From positions 1 through 64,000 of the forward strand of contig JAXLNO010001376.1 in NCBI GenBank assembly GCA_038087875.1: a DNA stretch of 64,000 nucleotides. The letters are read 5' to 3'. Position numbers and translations under genes: made by a program. The notes under the pieces were generated by a model. That model worked only from the letters and a program-made list of their open reading frames with translations. It had not been told where the DNA came from and made no database searches. The stretch comes from Malacoraja senta (lineage: Eukaryota). How positions within the stretch are numbered: position 1 is the first letter of the stretch; the number at the start of each line of letters is the position of its first letter. Positions 48,470-61,639 of the stretch are shown piece by piece.

Positions 48470-51400
48470 GGACTTCCGGTGGGGGCGACATGCTGGAGTA
48501 GTCGCACTTTTCCACGCTCCCGACCTTTTCACCTCCAACTTTTATTACAGCTCAGTCTAAGTTTTTTAACCACCCACAAACATTTAAACATCATTGTAAG
48601 TACCTCTCTATGCTGTAAAGATGCCAAACAAAGGAAAGAAAGCGGAGCAAAAGACAGAAGACCCGGCGACCAGCGCCAGTATGGCCACGCTAGCAGCCAT
48701 GTTAACAGAACATAAGGTATTGTTACTGGCAGAATTTAACACTGCGTTCACCAAATTGGAAACGAAGCTGGACAATATCCAGACCACTATGTTAGACCAC
48801 CAACACCGTCTCTCATCATTAGAGTCTTTTGCCGCTACCACTAGCCAAGATATACGAGCTATAACGTTAATGTTAACTACGGTGACCGAAGAGAACGCCA
48901 AGGTAAAGGCTAAGCTTATCAGCCTGGAAGGCAGGAGTTGCCGAAATAACATAAGGATAGTGGGTCTTCCCGAGAATATCGAGGGCTCCCAAACAACAAC
49001 GTTTTTTCTCAACTTCTGCTCGAGACTCTTGGCGAACACATACTGGAATCAGCCCCGGAACTAGACCGAGCCCACCGTACGCTAACAGCCAAGCCAAGCC
49101 CTGGCGAGAAACCCAGAGCAGTTGTGATCTGCTTTCATAGATACCAGACCCGTGAGTTCGTGGTACGTGAGGCTCGGAGGCAGAGGGGTAAGCTGAAATA
49201 CAAAGATACCCCGTTCCACATTTTCGAAGACCACTGTCCCGACATAGTTGAACAACGCTTCGCGTACCGAGACGTTATGAAGGAGCTGTATAACCTGGGT
49301 TTCAAACCCTCCCTTCATTATCCAGCCAAGCTGTTCATAATGTCCGGGGAGGGAAAGAGGCGACGACTAACATCTCCCGAGGACGCTCGGGATTTCATCT
49401 CATCTCACCATCGACGCAGACCGGGACCCACAGATGACTGACTTCGTTCAGTACGTCTATATTCGAGTGGCACAGGGGCCCGGTTAACCTATGGTTACAT
49501 GGACTAACTTTAGCCTGACTGTTCCTAATAACTAGCTATGGTTAGCGTTCAGCATTGCTGATTATACTAGACCCCGGTTTCGAAATGTATGAGGCAGGTA
49601 AGGAATCACCAGGATTTGTGAATGTTTTATATCAACTTTTTCTTATATTGTCTATGCATAATCGTGCTTGAGGGGTCCCTCACCAGCATATGCTATAAAG
49701 CTGGGCTTAAGGGACCCACTTTGTGGTTTGTGATTTGGTCTCTGCCTTCCTGTTCTTAGCAGCTGGCCGCTAACGCTGTCAGCACCTGGCTAGTTTGCTT
49801 ATACTAATCTTCATAACGAACTGTCTGGGGCTGATAAGAGCTCATTACAGCCAGGGCGGTGTTATACAAATCTTATCTTATACCTTTTTTGTTTAACAAA
49901 ACATAATTGATGCCTTTAGCGCTGTGCTTTAATCCAACAGCCCAGTTTGTAATTTGCTAACTTTTCCAACGCCAACTCTCTCTTTATACTTTGTCGATTT
50001 TAAGACATACTATGCAACACCAAAGGAAGTTATTCTGGCTCCACTTACACGTTAGCCGGTTTATTTAGTATCACCATTTTGTTAATAGGCTTTGTCTTAT
50101 TGTGACTATCATCATTGCTATTATTACTATTAGTGTTAGCAATGGTACTGGCAGTGCAACCATTATGGCTATTATTTTAACCTTGTATTTACCAATGTAT
50201 GTTTATCTTACTTTATTCCTACTCTGTTTTTCAAATTATTATCATCACCGTCATTATTACTATTACTATACTTATTTTACTTCATGTTACCTTATCGACA
50301 CTGAGTGACTCCGTCGCTTTGGGAAGCTGTGATATAGGGAGTTAAGATCGGATATCTCCATGCGGAAGCGAGGACAACGCACCTTGGTGCAAGGGGCACT
50401 TAAGGTTCAGTTGAGACATGGGGGATCTCAGGTCTGGAGACTCAGGTTTGAAAGATGGTTAAATGATATGTGTTCCACTTGTTTGCCGTGTGTGTATGTT
50501 TTTGTTCTTGTTTTTTTTTTTGTTTTTTTGTTTTTGTTGTTGTTTTATTTTACTTCACATATATATATTCCCCCCCCCTCCCCCTCCACATCCCCACTCT
50601 CGGCAGCTGGCTTCGATGCGCTCTTCCGTCTCGTTTTGCAGAACTACAGCGCATTACCCATATAGCTAAAAATGGCCAACACAAACGATACTTTTAGATT
50701 TGTCTCGTGGAACGTGAGAGGGATGGGAAGTCCTACCAAAACTGATAGGATCTTGGCCCATTTGCAACAGCTCAAAGGCGATATATTCTTTATCCAAGAG
50801 ACCCACCTTCGCAACAGAGAGGTAACACGGCTTAAGAGAGGCTGGATTAGTCAACTATTTCACTCGAAATTTAATAATAGGGCCAGGGGCACCGCTATCC
50901 TGATTCGTAAGAACATTAAGTTCGAACCACAGAAAACTGTGGAAGACCCTGCTGGTCGCTTTGTCATGGTGTCGGGCAAATTGCAAGACACACCTGTCAT
51001 ATTGGCATGCATTTATGGACCCAACTGGGATGACAGCTCATTTATAACTAAATTTTTTACATCTCTCCCAAATATTGAAAATCACCATGTCATTGTGGGT
51101 GGAGATTTTAATCTGGTCCAAGATCCTATACTGGATAGATCTTCGAATAAAGCCTCTACTTTAACTAAATCCGGTAAGACTCTGCATGTTCTCGCCAAAC
51201 AACTGGGGCTCACAGATCCATGGAGATTTATATTCCCCACGACTAAATTATTTTCATTTTTCTCCCACGTACATCGTATGTTTACCCGTATAGACTTCTT
51301 TCTTTTAGATAATAGATTGCTTTCCAAAATCAAATCCAGTGAGTACCATAGCATCGTAATATCAGATCATGCTGCGACCTCCCTTGATCTTCATTTTCGT

Positions 51401-54400
51401 AAACGAACTAACCCCTTTAAGTGGAGGTTCAACTCCTCATTATTAGCAGAGGCTCACTACATGCAATTCTTGCACTCCCAAATCACCCTATATTTTGAGC
51501 TGAATGACTCGCCGGACATAGAAAGAGGTATACTTTGGGAAGCTTCAAAAGCCTATATTAGGGGCCAACTCATTTCCTTTATCTCCAACCTGAAAATAAC
51601 GGAGACGTTCCAAACGGCAGATCTGTTACAAAAAATAAAGGACATTGATGACAAATATGCATCTGACCCAAACCCTAATCTCTATAGAGAACGCCTTAGG
51701 CTACAAACAGACTTTGACCTCATATCCATTAATAAAGCCAAACTACGACTGCTTAAATCTAGGCAAATACTTTTTTGAATCTGGGGATAAAGCTGAAAAG
51801 CTTTTGGCCCATCAGGCCAGAACAGAGGCGCCTTCACGGTTAATTCCAGCCATTAGATCCAGCTCAGGGGAGACTCATACTGATCCTCTCAGAATTAATG
51901 AAGCATTTGCTAAATTCTACACTGAACTATACACTTCCGACTGTCCCCCCACTGCAGGTGACATGTTCAGTAGTATGACGCTTCCCCGAATAGACGAAGA
52001 AGCCATGAGAGACTTGGGTGGTCCCATAACTGTAGCTGAGGTCCAAGCAGCCATCACATCGCTGCAAAGCGGAAAGTCACCCGGCCCTGACGGCTTCTCT
52101 GTAGAATATTACAAAGCTTTCTCTGACCTCCTTGCATCAGTCCTGAGAGACATGTACAACGAGGCGTTTTTAAATCGTCGCCTACCGCCCACCTTGTCGT
52201 GGGCTACCATCTCCCTAATTCTTAAAAAGGAGAAAGATCCCCTGCTTTGTGGTAGCTATAGACCAATCTCACTCCTGAATGTGGACCTCAAAATCCTTTC
52301 TAAAGCCCTTGCGCTTCGTCTTCAGCGAGTGATGCCCTCTATTATCTCGTTGGATCAAACAGGGTTTATACCTGGTCGACAGTCTTCCCATAATACTAGG
52401 CGTCTCCTTAACATCATTCACTCTTCGAGTAATGAGACCCCGGAGATGGTGGTCTCCCTCGATGCCGAAAAGGCCTTCGACAGGGTCGAGTGGAGGTACC
52501 TATATGAAGCGATGGATAGGTTTGTCCTCGGTAACAGTTTTATTCTCTGGGTGAGCCTATTATATTCATCCCCGGTGGCATCAGTACAAACAAACGACAT
52601 ACTGTCGCCCCACTTCACACTTCAGAGAGGTACCAGACAGGGTTGCCCGTTATCTCCACTCTTGTTTGATGTCGCGATAGAACCCCTGGCGGTCTGGTTA
52701 CGCGCAGAGAAGGGCTTTAAAGGTATTACACGGTTTGACACAACTCATAAAGTCTCATTGTATGCGGATGACCTGCTCCTGTACATCTCGAACCCAGTCA
52801 GTTCTCTCCCTGTGATTATGAATATTTTAGAACGGTTTGGTGCATATTCTGGTTATAAACTTAACTACCAAAAGAGTGAGCTATTACCGATTAACTTACC
52901 GGCTAAGCAGCTCCCTCGCTCTTTAACCTCATTCAAAAGGGCAGAGGATGGGTTTCGCTATCTCGGCGTTTTTATCACAATACCCTTATCTGATATGTTC
53001 CGCACAAACTTTTTGCCTCTGGTTGAGAAAGCCGAAAAAGATTTTGATCGCTGGTCAGTCTTACCACTATCCCTCGTGGGCCGGATAAATCTGGTTAAGA
53101 TGGTTGTCCTACCCAAATTCCTGTATCTTTTCCAGCATGTCCCCATACTTATCACCAAATCTTTTTTTGACAAATTAGAAAGGACAATATCTAAATTCTT
53201 ATGGGGTAGCAAACCGGTCAGAATCCGAAAGGCGATACTGAGGTCGCCTAAGAGTGATGGCGGTTTGGCCCTCCCTGATTTTAGGCGATACTACTGGGCA
53301 GCTAACTTGCAAAAACTCCTGTATTGGATGAATGATGATTGCGAGCACCCACCGATCTGGGTATATATGGAAAAGGCGAGTTCACGTCTCCCATTGCGGT
53401 CTGTCCTATGCTCCCAACTCCCCCTTTCTATAACATCTGTGGGTGCAGGCCCAATTGTGTCCCTTTCGCTCAAGATATGGAGTCAATTTAGGAAAAACCG
53501 GTTTACAGGGTCCTTCCATCTTGACCCCACTGCTTAAAAATCACATTTTTAAACCTTCAAGTATAGACCACGCATTTAAAACCTGGCATAGTAATGGCAT
53601 CAGTAGTATTAAAAACCTATATAAGGATGGTATCTTCTCATCTTTCGCGGCGCTCTCGTCTAACTACAACCTCCCAAACTCCCACCTTTTTCGTTTTTTC
53701 CAGATTAGGGATTTTGTGAGGAAGACATTTCCCTACTTCCCAAATCGCCCTCCTGAAACCCTGACTGATATCATCTTAGCTTTAGACCCCAATCGGAAGA
53801 AATGCATCTCTATTTTGTATAATTTGCTAGGGTCGGTTTTATTGAAACCTCATACCTCATTAAAAGCTGCGTGGGAGGGAGAGCTGAATACGCAATTAAC
53901 AGACCAGCAATGGGACTCTGCCTTGGATTTGATCCACTCTTCTTCCATATGCGCTCGTCATGGCCTAATCCAATGCAAAGTCCTTTACAAAGTCCACTAT
54001 ACCAATGCAAGATGAGCTAGAATGTACCCAGCTGTCAATGACACCTGTAACAGATGTAGTCAATCTCCTGCCAACCATAGCCACATGTTTTGGTCTTGCC
54101 CTAAGCTAGCAGCCTTTTGGAGGAGTGCTTTTGAATTGATAAGCAGAGCTTACGACCAGACTATTCTTCCAAATCCAATGTCAGCCATTTTCGGTACCCC
54201 TCCCAATACCAACCTCTCTGTTGCGGTGAAACGGGTCCTAGCTTTTACAACCTTGTTAGCCCGGAGACTGATCTTGCTTAGTTGGAGGCTCACCTGTCCC
54301 CCGACACACGCCCGTTGGATTAAGGAGGTGCTTTACAATCTGAAACTTGAAAAACTTAGGTTCTCTCTCAAAGGCTCTACCAAGACATTCCTAGATACAT

Positions 54401-54682
54401 GGAACCCTTTCTTTGAACTGGTTAACTCTCTTACCTTGTCCCCGGACTCGGAAGAGGACTAAGTGTTCTCCATCATCGTTTTGTTCTACAGCAGCTGCTT
54501 TCCCCTTAATCCCCCCTCCCTACAATTGTTTATTTAGATATATATGTATATATATATACTTTTTTTTTAAATTTTCATTTTATTTTATATATTTATATAT
54601 AAACAACACTCACATACGTACACATCCACACACAAATGGTAGAATAGACGAAACAAAATGTGCTATATAAAAGAAATAAAAA

Positions 54683-54760
<78 letters not shown>

Positions 54761-55012
54761 TTTTTATTTCTTTTATATAGCACATTTTGTTTCGCCTATT
54801 CTACCATTTGTGTGTGGATGTGTACGTATGTGAGTGTTGTTTGTCCCCGTTTGGCTCCGACCTGACTTGGGTGGGTTGAAGGTGGGTATGGGTAAAGGTT
54901 TTGAGGATCGCTTACATACTGTTGTACAATTATGCCTTGATTATTACTGTCTGTTATTATTGTATGTATGTTAATTGCCGTGAAATTCAAATAAAAAGAT
55001 TAAATTCAAAAA
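48470..55012 (+). mobile_element. Full-length L1-clade LINE (6.5 kb) with 15-bp TSD
   Basis: TSD aataaaatcattaca (48455-48469 and 55013-55027); 5' GGACTTCCGG; ORF1 48621-49441 (coiled coil, RRNNIRIVGLPE, LDRAHR); ORF2 50672-54462 (SWNVRG, QETHL, GGDFN, SDHA, GTRQGCPLSP, YADD, C-terminal CxxC/HMFWSC); 3 frameshifts and 1 stop. Confidence 0.97.
54601..54842. repeat. ~240-bp near-perfect palindrome centred on (TA)n, inside the L1 3' UTR
   Basis: ~87-bp arms with 1 mismatch (agaatagacgaaac vs gtttcgcctattct) flanking ~70 bp of TA repeat. Confidence 0.95.
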
Positions 55013-55077
55013 AATAAAATCATTACAATGTCGTTATTGATCAATAAATGTTTAAAATGCCCTATATCTGCCAACAG

Positions 55078-55307
55078 AGAGGGCAGCGAAAGAAGATATA
55101 AAGATTAGGATCGTGACTGGAGCTGTAATCGTTCCTCTTATTCTCCTGGGGATCATCCTTGGAATTGGTTGCTGGAAGAAGAGGAAAAGGAGAAAAATTC
55201 TCAATGAACAGGGACCAGCTGACAACAGCAGAGACCAGGAGAGGACTGCAGTGACCATGAAGCACAACCAGCTTCCGTTGGGAAGCAGAGGAGGTCTACC
55301 GGAATGA
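55078..55307 (+). CDS. MHC class I-like connecting peptide / transmembrane / cytoplasmic exon
   Basis: ctgccaacag|(E)RAAKEDIKIRIVTGAVIVPLILLGIILGIGCWKKRKRRK...*; hydrophobic span plus basic stop-transfer cluster, phase 1. The 3' end is uncertain because it runs into a CR1 remnant. Confidence 0.8.
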
Positions 55308-58052
55308 TGTCTGGATTAGTGGGGTATTAGCCACAGGGAGAAGTTGGACAGACTTGGATTGTTTTCTCTGGAATGTCGGGGATTGAGGGGAGACCTGACA
55401 GTAATATATCAAACTGGGAGGAGTACAGATAGTGTAGACCATCAGACTTTTTACCCAGGAAGGAAATATCAAATAAGAGCAGGTATAGCTTTACAATGAG
55501 TGGCAAAGTTTAAAAAAGATGTGCAGGTCAAGTGTTTTACGCCAAGGGTGGCGAGTGACTGGAATGTGCTGCCGGGGGTGGTGGTGGAAGCAGATATGAT
55601 AGTGGCATTTAAGAGACTTTTAGATAGGCACATGTATATGCAGGGAATGAATGGATATGGATTATGTGCAAGCAGATAACAATTGGTCTTGGCATCATGT
55701 TCGGCACAAACATTGTGGGTCAAAGGGACTGTTCTTGTGCTGTACTGTTCTATGTTCTATGCTCTTTATTGTATCAATGCTGACTGATGGCTTTACATTC
55801 AGCCATTAATTTTTCAACTGCTGTCTTCACCAGTTACCCTGTGATTCCAAAGTCATACATTGTGCCACATTTTGGAATAAGAGGTCGCCTCTTTGACTGA
55901 TTGATACTTTATTATCACATGTGACATGTCACAGTGAGATTCTTTGCTTTGCATAACATACACAAGGTATAGAAAGAGTCACCATGTATAGGGTGCCGAC
56001 ACAGTTACAAAGTAATCATTACAGTCTCCAATGGTCCCTCTTTGTTCTCGGCAGCCCCTCCATGTTGGGTTCACCTGTGTTATCTGCGCCCCCTCCCCCC
56101 ACAACCCCGGGACCCACTTTGTTATCTTTGTTCTCGGCAGTCCTCCCATGTTGGGTCCCTCTTTAAAATAGTTACGAAGAAGATTTATTTTCCAGGAGGT
56201 GTATGATTTGCCTGAACATTCTATTCCAGCTGTGAAGACAAGGTGAATGAATATTTTCCAGGTTGAGATATAGAGAATTTTAGATCAGAAATGAATCAAA
56301 GGTAGCAGGAATAATGCAGTAAACTGATCAAAATCAGATTGGACATAATGTTATTGAATGATGCAGTCTGTTCAAGGGGACTTACAGCTGATTACTAATC
56401 TTATTTTATAAAAAACATAAAAATATTCATCTCAGGAAGAGGCCCTTTGGCCCACAATGTCTGTGGTGAACATGATGAGATGCTAAACTGATCCCATCCA
56501 ACTGCAACATGATCCATATCCCTCTATTTCCTGCAGATCAGTTTGTCGATCTAAAAGCCTCTCAAACATCATATACATATCTTGCCAGAGATAGACACAA
56601 AAAGTTGGAGAAACTCACCGGATCAGACAGCATCTCTGGATACAAGGCATAGGTGACATTTCGGGATGAGACCCTTGTTCAGACTCCAGAAATGCTGTTT
56701 GACCCGCTGAGTCACTTCAGCTTTTTGAGCCTATCTTTGGGTTAAACCTGCATCTGCAGTTCGTTCCTAGTTATTTTGCCACTTCTCTTTGTCACATACT
56801 GTAACCTGCATTCCTTGTTCACATACCTGATGGTGTAGTGGAGAAGTAATTGCCTTTGCATTTAATGCTTTACTCAGTGCTTCAAGTATTTGATGGGCCA
56901 GTCAACAAGGATCTTTGTTTTCAATACGAACCACGCTCTACACCACAGCTTAGATAATATTGCTTAGTTTAGTTGAGTTATACAGCATGGATGCAGAGCC
57001 TTCAGCTCATCGAGTTGATACCATCCATCCTGCACACCAGTTCTATGTTATCCCTCTTTCACATCCGCTTTCCATACACTAGGGCAATTTTACAAAGGCC
57101 AACTCACCTACAAACCTGTACATCATTGAGATGTGCGAGGAAACCGGAGCACCGGGAGAAATCCCACGTGCTCACAGGGAGAACATGCAAACTCCACATA
57201 GACAACATCCCAGTACCATGTCCAGTGAATATTTATGGAACATGGTAACGTATGGGGGCTGTGTTTTGTTGACCTGACAGAGCACTGGGAACAATACTCA
57301 TTATCAAAGCTGTGGTGTAATAGCTGTGGAAGTGTTTTATGTGTAACAGACCGAGAATTTCATTGTATATCCACCAGTGTCATTTCTGAATTATGAGCAT
57401 TTAATAAAATACTTTTGAATGAGTTTTACCAAGACGTTAGCATGCTATATACTTGTTTTGTCATTGTTAATACTGCAGACAGCTATTTACTCAATCATAA
57501 GATCATAAGTGATAGGAACAGAATTAGGCCATTCATCCCATCATTCATGGCTGATCTATCCTATCCTCCAAACCCCATTTTCCTGCCTTCTCCCCATAAC
57601 CCCTGACACCCATACTATTCAAGAATCTATCTATCTCTGCCTTAAAAAAATATCCATTGACAGCCTCTACAGCCTTCAGTGGCAGAATTCCACAGATTCA
57701 CCACCTTCTGAATAAAGAAATTCCTCCTCATCTCCTTCCTAAAGGAGTGTACTTTAATTGTGAGGCTTTTCCCTCTGCTGAGATGCTCCCACTAGTGGAA
57801 ACATCCTCTCAACATCCACTCTATCCAGGCCTTTCACTATTCGGTAAGTTTCAATGAGGTCCCCCCCCCATCCTTCTAAACTCCAGTGAGTAGAGGCCTA
57901 GTGCCGTCAAACGCTCATCAGAGTGGAATAACAACAACTTTACTCTTCATATAACCAATTGTCAAAACTCACACCTCCACATTCAGGGGCAGTCTCTTCC
58001 CAATTGTTATCAGGCAACTGAAACCATCCTACCTACAACCAGGGTGCAGTCT

Positions 58053-59200
58053 TACATAGATACATAGAAAATAGGTGCAGGAGTAGGCCATTCGGCCCTT
58101 CGAGCCTGCACCGCCATTCAATATGATCATGGCTGATCATCCAACTCAGTATCCCGTACCTGCCTTCTCTCCATACCCCCTGATCCCTTTAGCCACAAGG
58201 GCCACATCTAACTCCCTCTTAAATATAGCCAATGAACTGGCCTCAACTACCCTCTGTGGCAGAGAGTTCCAGAGATTCACCACTCTCTGTGTGAAAAAGT
58301 TTTTCCTCATCTCGGTCTTAAAGGAATTCCCCCTTATCCTTAAGCTGTGACCCCTTGTCCTGGACTTCCCCAACATCGGGAACAATCTTCCTGCATCTAG
58401 CCTGTCCAACCCCATAAGAATTTTGTACGTTTCTATAAGATCCCCTCTCAATCTCCTAAATTCTAGCGAGTATAAGCCAAGTCTGTCCAGTCTTTCTTCA
58501 TATGAAAGTCCTGACATCCCAGGAATCAGTCTGGTGAACCTTCTCTGCACTCCCTCTATGGCTATAATGTCCTTCCTCAGATTTGGAGACCAAAACTGTA
58601 CGCAATACTCCAGGTGTGGTCTCACCAAGACCCTGTACAACTGCAGTAGAACCTCCCTGCTCCTATACTCAAATCCTCTTGCTATGAAGGCCAACATACC
58701 ATTCGCTTTCTTCACTGCCTGCTGCACCTGCATGCCTACTTTCAATGACTGGTGTACCATGACACCCAGGTCTCGCTGCACCTCCCCATTTCCTAATCGG
58801 CCACCATTTAGATAATAGTCTGCCTTCCCGTTTTTGCCACCAAAGTGGATAACCTCACATTTATCCATATTATACTGCATCTGCCAAACATTTGCCCACT
58901 CACCCAGCCTATCCAAGTCACCTTGCAGTCTCCTAGCATCCTCCTCACAGCTAACACTGCCCCCCAGCTTAGTGTCATCCGCAAACTTGGAGATGTTGCT
59001 TTCAATTCCCTCGTCCAGATCATTAATATAAATTGTAAATAGCTGGGGTCCCAGCACTGAGCCTTGCGGTACCCCACTAGTCACTGCCTGCCATTGTGAA
59101 AAGGACCCGTTTACTCCTACTCTTTGCTTCCTGTTTGCCAGCCAGTTCTCTATCCACATCAATACTGAACCCCCAATACCGTGTGATTTAAGTTTGTATC
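58053..59200 (-). mobile_element. Young 5'-truncated CR1 with an uninterrupted 338-aa RT C-terminal ORF
   Basis: ORF 58146-59162 (VPQGSVLGP, SKFADDTKLG); nearly identical to the CR1 at 16031-16983. Confidence 0.95.
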
Positions 59201-60221
59201 CTAATCTCTTGAACTACTGTCTCCTGCATTGGAGATCCTCGGGCAATCTTTAATCGGACTTTACTGCCATTATCTTGCACCAAATGTTATTCACGTTATT
59301 CCCTTTATCATATATCTGTACACTATGGATGGCTCGATTGTAATCATGTATTGTCTTTCCACTGACTGGTTAGCACATTTAGTTTAGTTTAGTTTAGAGA
59401 TACAGGGTGGAAACAGGGTCCGCACCAATTCCCGCACACTAACACTATCCTACACACACTTGGAACAGGTTTACATTTATACCAACCCAATTAACCTACA
59501 TACCCATAGTCAAGATCAAACCCGGCTGTGTGGCACTTAAGGCAGCAACTCCAGTGGTGCATCACCATGCTGTCCTTATTGTTGTAGGATGTGCAGGGAA
59601 TGGAGGTATATTATGTGCAGGCAGATAGGAGTTGGTCTTGGCATCATGTTCAACACAGACATTGTGGGCCAAAGGGCCTGTCCTGTGCTGTACTGATCTA
59701 TTGTGGTGATTGTGAAAACACATAATAATTACTTGATTGCTGATATCTTAAGTGTATTTACTAGGTACATTAAATATTTAGACAAAACTAAATTCCACTC
59801 CCGAGCCATCTAATTCCAACACCCCATTCAGCGTGAAACATCAACTTTATTGAGGTAATGATATATTTATTTTCTGTTAATATTTAACTGTGAGTTTAAT
59901 GATACACCAAATGGCAATTGGCTTGTTTCCATCAGTGTTTGCAATCTGGGTGACCCTGAATTTATTGCTTAGGTGTGAGATTCCTCGCAAGGACTGAGAT
60001 GAGGCAGAAACCTGACTGTTACAGACTTTTTGGAGGGGTTTGCAAGATTTTGACCCAACACCTCTGAAGGCAAGACAATATATTTACAAGCAGCCTCAAC
60101 CGCACCTCAGACAGTGTCATCAAGGCATTCATCACTGTCTGTGAAAAAACATGCCCTGCACATTTCCTTTAAACTCTCATCTTAAAGCTATGCCCTCTTG
60201 TATTCAATGTTTCCATCCATG

Positions 60222-60548
60222 TTAAGTTTAGTTTATTTTAGTTTAGGGATACAGCGCGGAAACAGGCCCTTCGGCCCACCGAGTCCGCACCGACTAGTGA
60301 TCCCTGGGCATTAGCACTACCCTACACACACTAGGGACAATTTACACATACACCAAGCCAATTAATCTACATACCTGTACATCTTTGGAGTGTGGGAGGA
60401 AACCGAAGATCTCGGAGAAACCCATGCTGTCACGGAGAGAATGTACAAACTCCATACATACAGCATCCGTGGTCGGGATCGAACCTGGGTCTCCCACGCT
60501 GCAAGCGTTGTAAAGCAGCAACTCTACCGCTGCGCCACAGTGACTGCC
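60222..60548 (-). mobile_element. Full-length tRNA-derived SINE
   Basis: Minus strand: A box TGGCGCAGCGG, B box GGTTCGATCCC, (taaac)n tail. Confidence 0.92.
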
Positions 60549-61156
60549 CCTGTTCTGACTATCTATCCTATCTATACCTCTCATAGTTTTATGTACTTCT
60601 ATCAGGTGTCCCATCAAACTCCGGCATTCTAGCGGAAGCAATCCATATCTGTCCATATGTTTCATGTAGCCAACACACCCTAGTCAAGGCATCATTCTTG
60701 TAAACCTCTACACCCTTTCCAATGCCTGTACATCCTTAATGTAATGGGTCAACAAAAACTGCACATAATACTCCAAATGTGGACTACCCAGCCCTATAAT
60801 ACTGTATTATGACTTCCTGTCGCTAGAAACCCAAGATTCAACCCCAAGATCTCTCTGTAGATTAATGCTGTTAAGGGTCTTGCCAATAACTGTATACTTT
60901 TCCTTTACATTCGACCACTCAAAGTGTAACATACTTGCTCAAAATGAACTCCATTTGCAATTTACTGCCCATTTCTGTATCTGATGTATTTCCCATTGTA
61001 CACTACAGCCTTCTTCACTGTTCGCAACTCCATCAATGTTGGTGGCGCCTGTAAACTAACTAACCAACCCAACCACTGGGTAGCACCAGCAATGGCTGCC
61101 TCTCCAACAGTCTGTCTGTCCCTTCCTTCTTTGTGTTTTAATAGTATGTGTTAAAT

Positions 61157-61215
61157 CACGGGTTTGCAACCTACGGCCCACGGGCCGGATCCGGCCTGTA
61201 ACCCGAAATCATCCG
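61157..61215 (+). mobile_element. hAT-Charlie-like left terminus (one end only)
   Basis: cacgggtttgcaacctacggcccacgggccggatccggcc resembles the Charlie-type CAGGGGTCGGCAACCT..GGCCC..GGGCC end. Confidence 0.55.
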
Positions 61216-61639
61216 GCACGCAGGCGTAACACAAAACACACACAACACTTACCCGAGAGTAGTTCTCACACACACACACACACAGCCAATTCCATATCAC
61301 AACACCTGCCGACACACTCTCTCTCTCCGTCCCTACCCTCCCACCCCGTCTTCCATCCTCCCGACCACCCGGAGTGAAAGCGCCCCCCCCCCCACCTCGG
61401 TGCTGCGGCTTGTGTGAAACTGCAGCGGGATGAGAGCGGCTTCGACAAGGCTGTGCTGGAGCGGTTTCTTCGGGAGCCCAGCGGCGGACGGGTTGGAGGA
61501 AAACAAAGCATCAGCGAGGTCGGTGAGTAATTCCGCTCCAGCCACAGTGTTGCACTTTAGTCGTATTTGTCGCAGGGGTAATTGTCTTTTTGTTGCGATT
61601 TTTAAAACTATAATTGATTAATTATTAACTATGGTGACA

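Larger units (their letters stand above)
42049..55307 (+). pseudogene. Non-classical MHC class I-like heavy chain gene, probably a pseudogene
   Basis: Four phase-1 exons with class I alpha1, alpha2, alpha3 (C1-set Ig) and TM/cytoplasmic features; alpha1 exon is 263 bp (frameshift); alpha2 C164 codon is CGT. Confidence 0.8.

Noticed and set aside
50102-50697. Several hydrophobic short ORFs in the L1 spacer
   Set aside because: Artefacts of (ATT)n and T-rich low-complexity sequence
60470-60540. tRNA gene
   Set aside because: A and B boxes belong to SINE heads; no acceptor stem or complete cloverleaf, and they continue into SINE body
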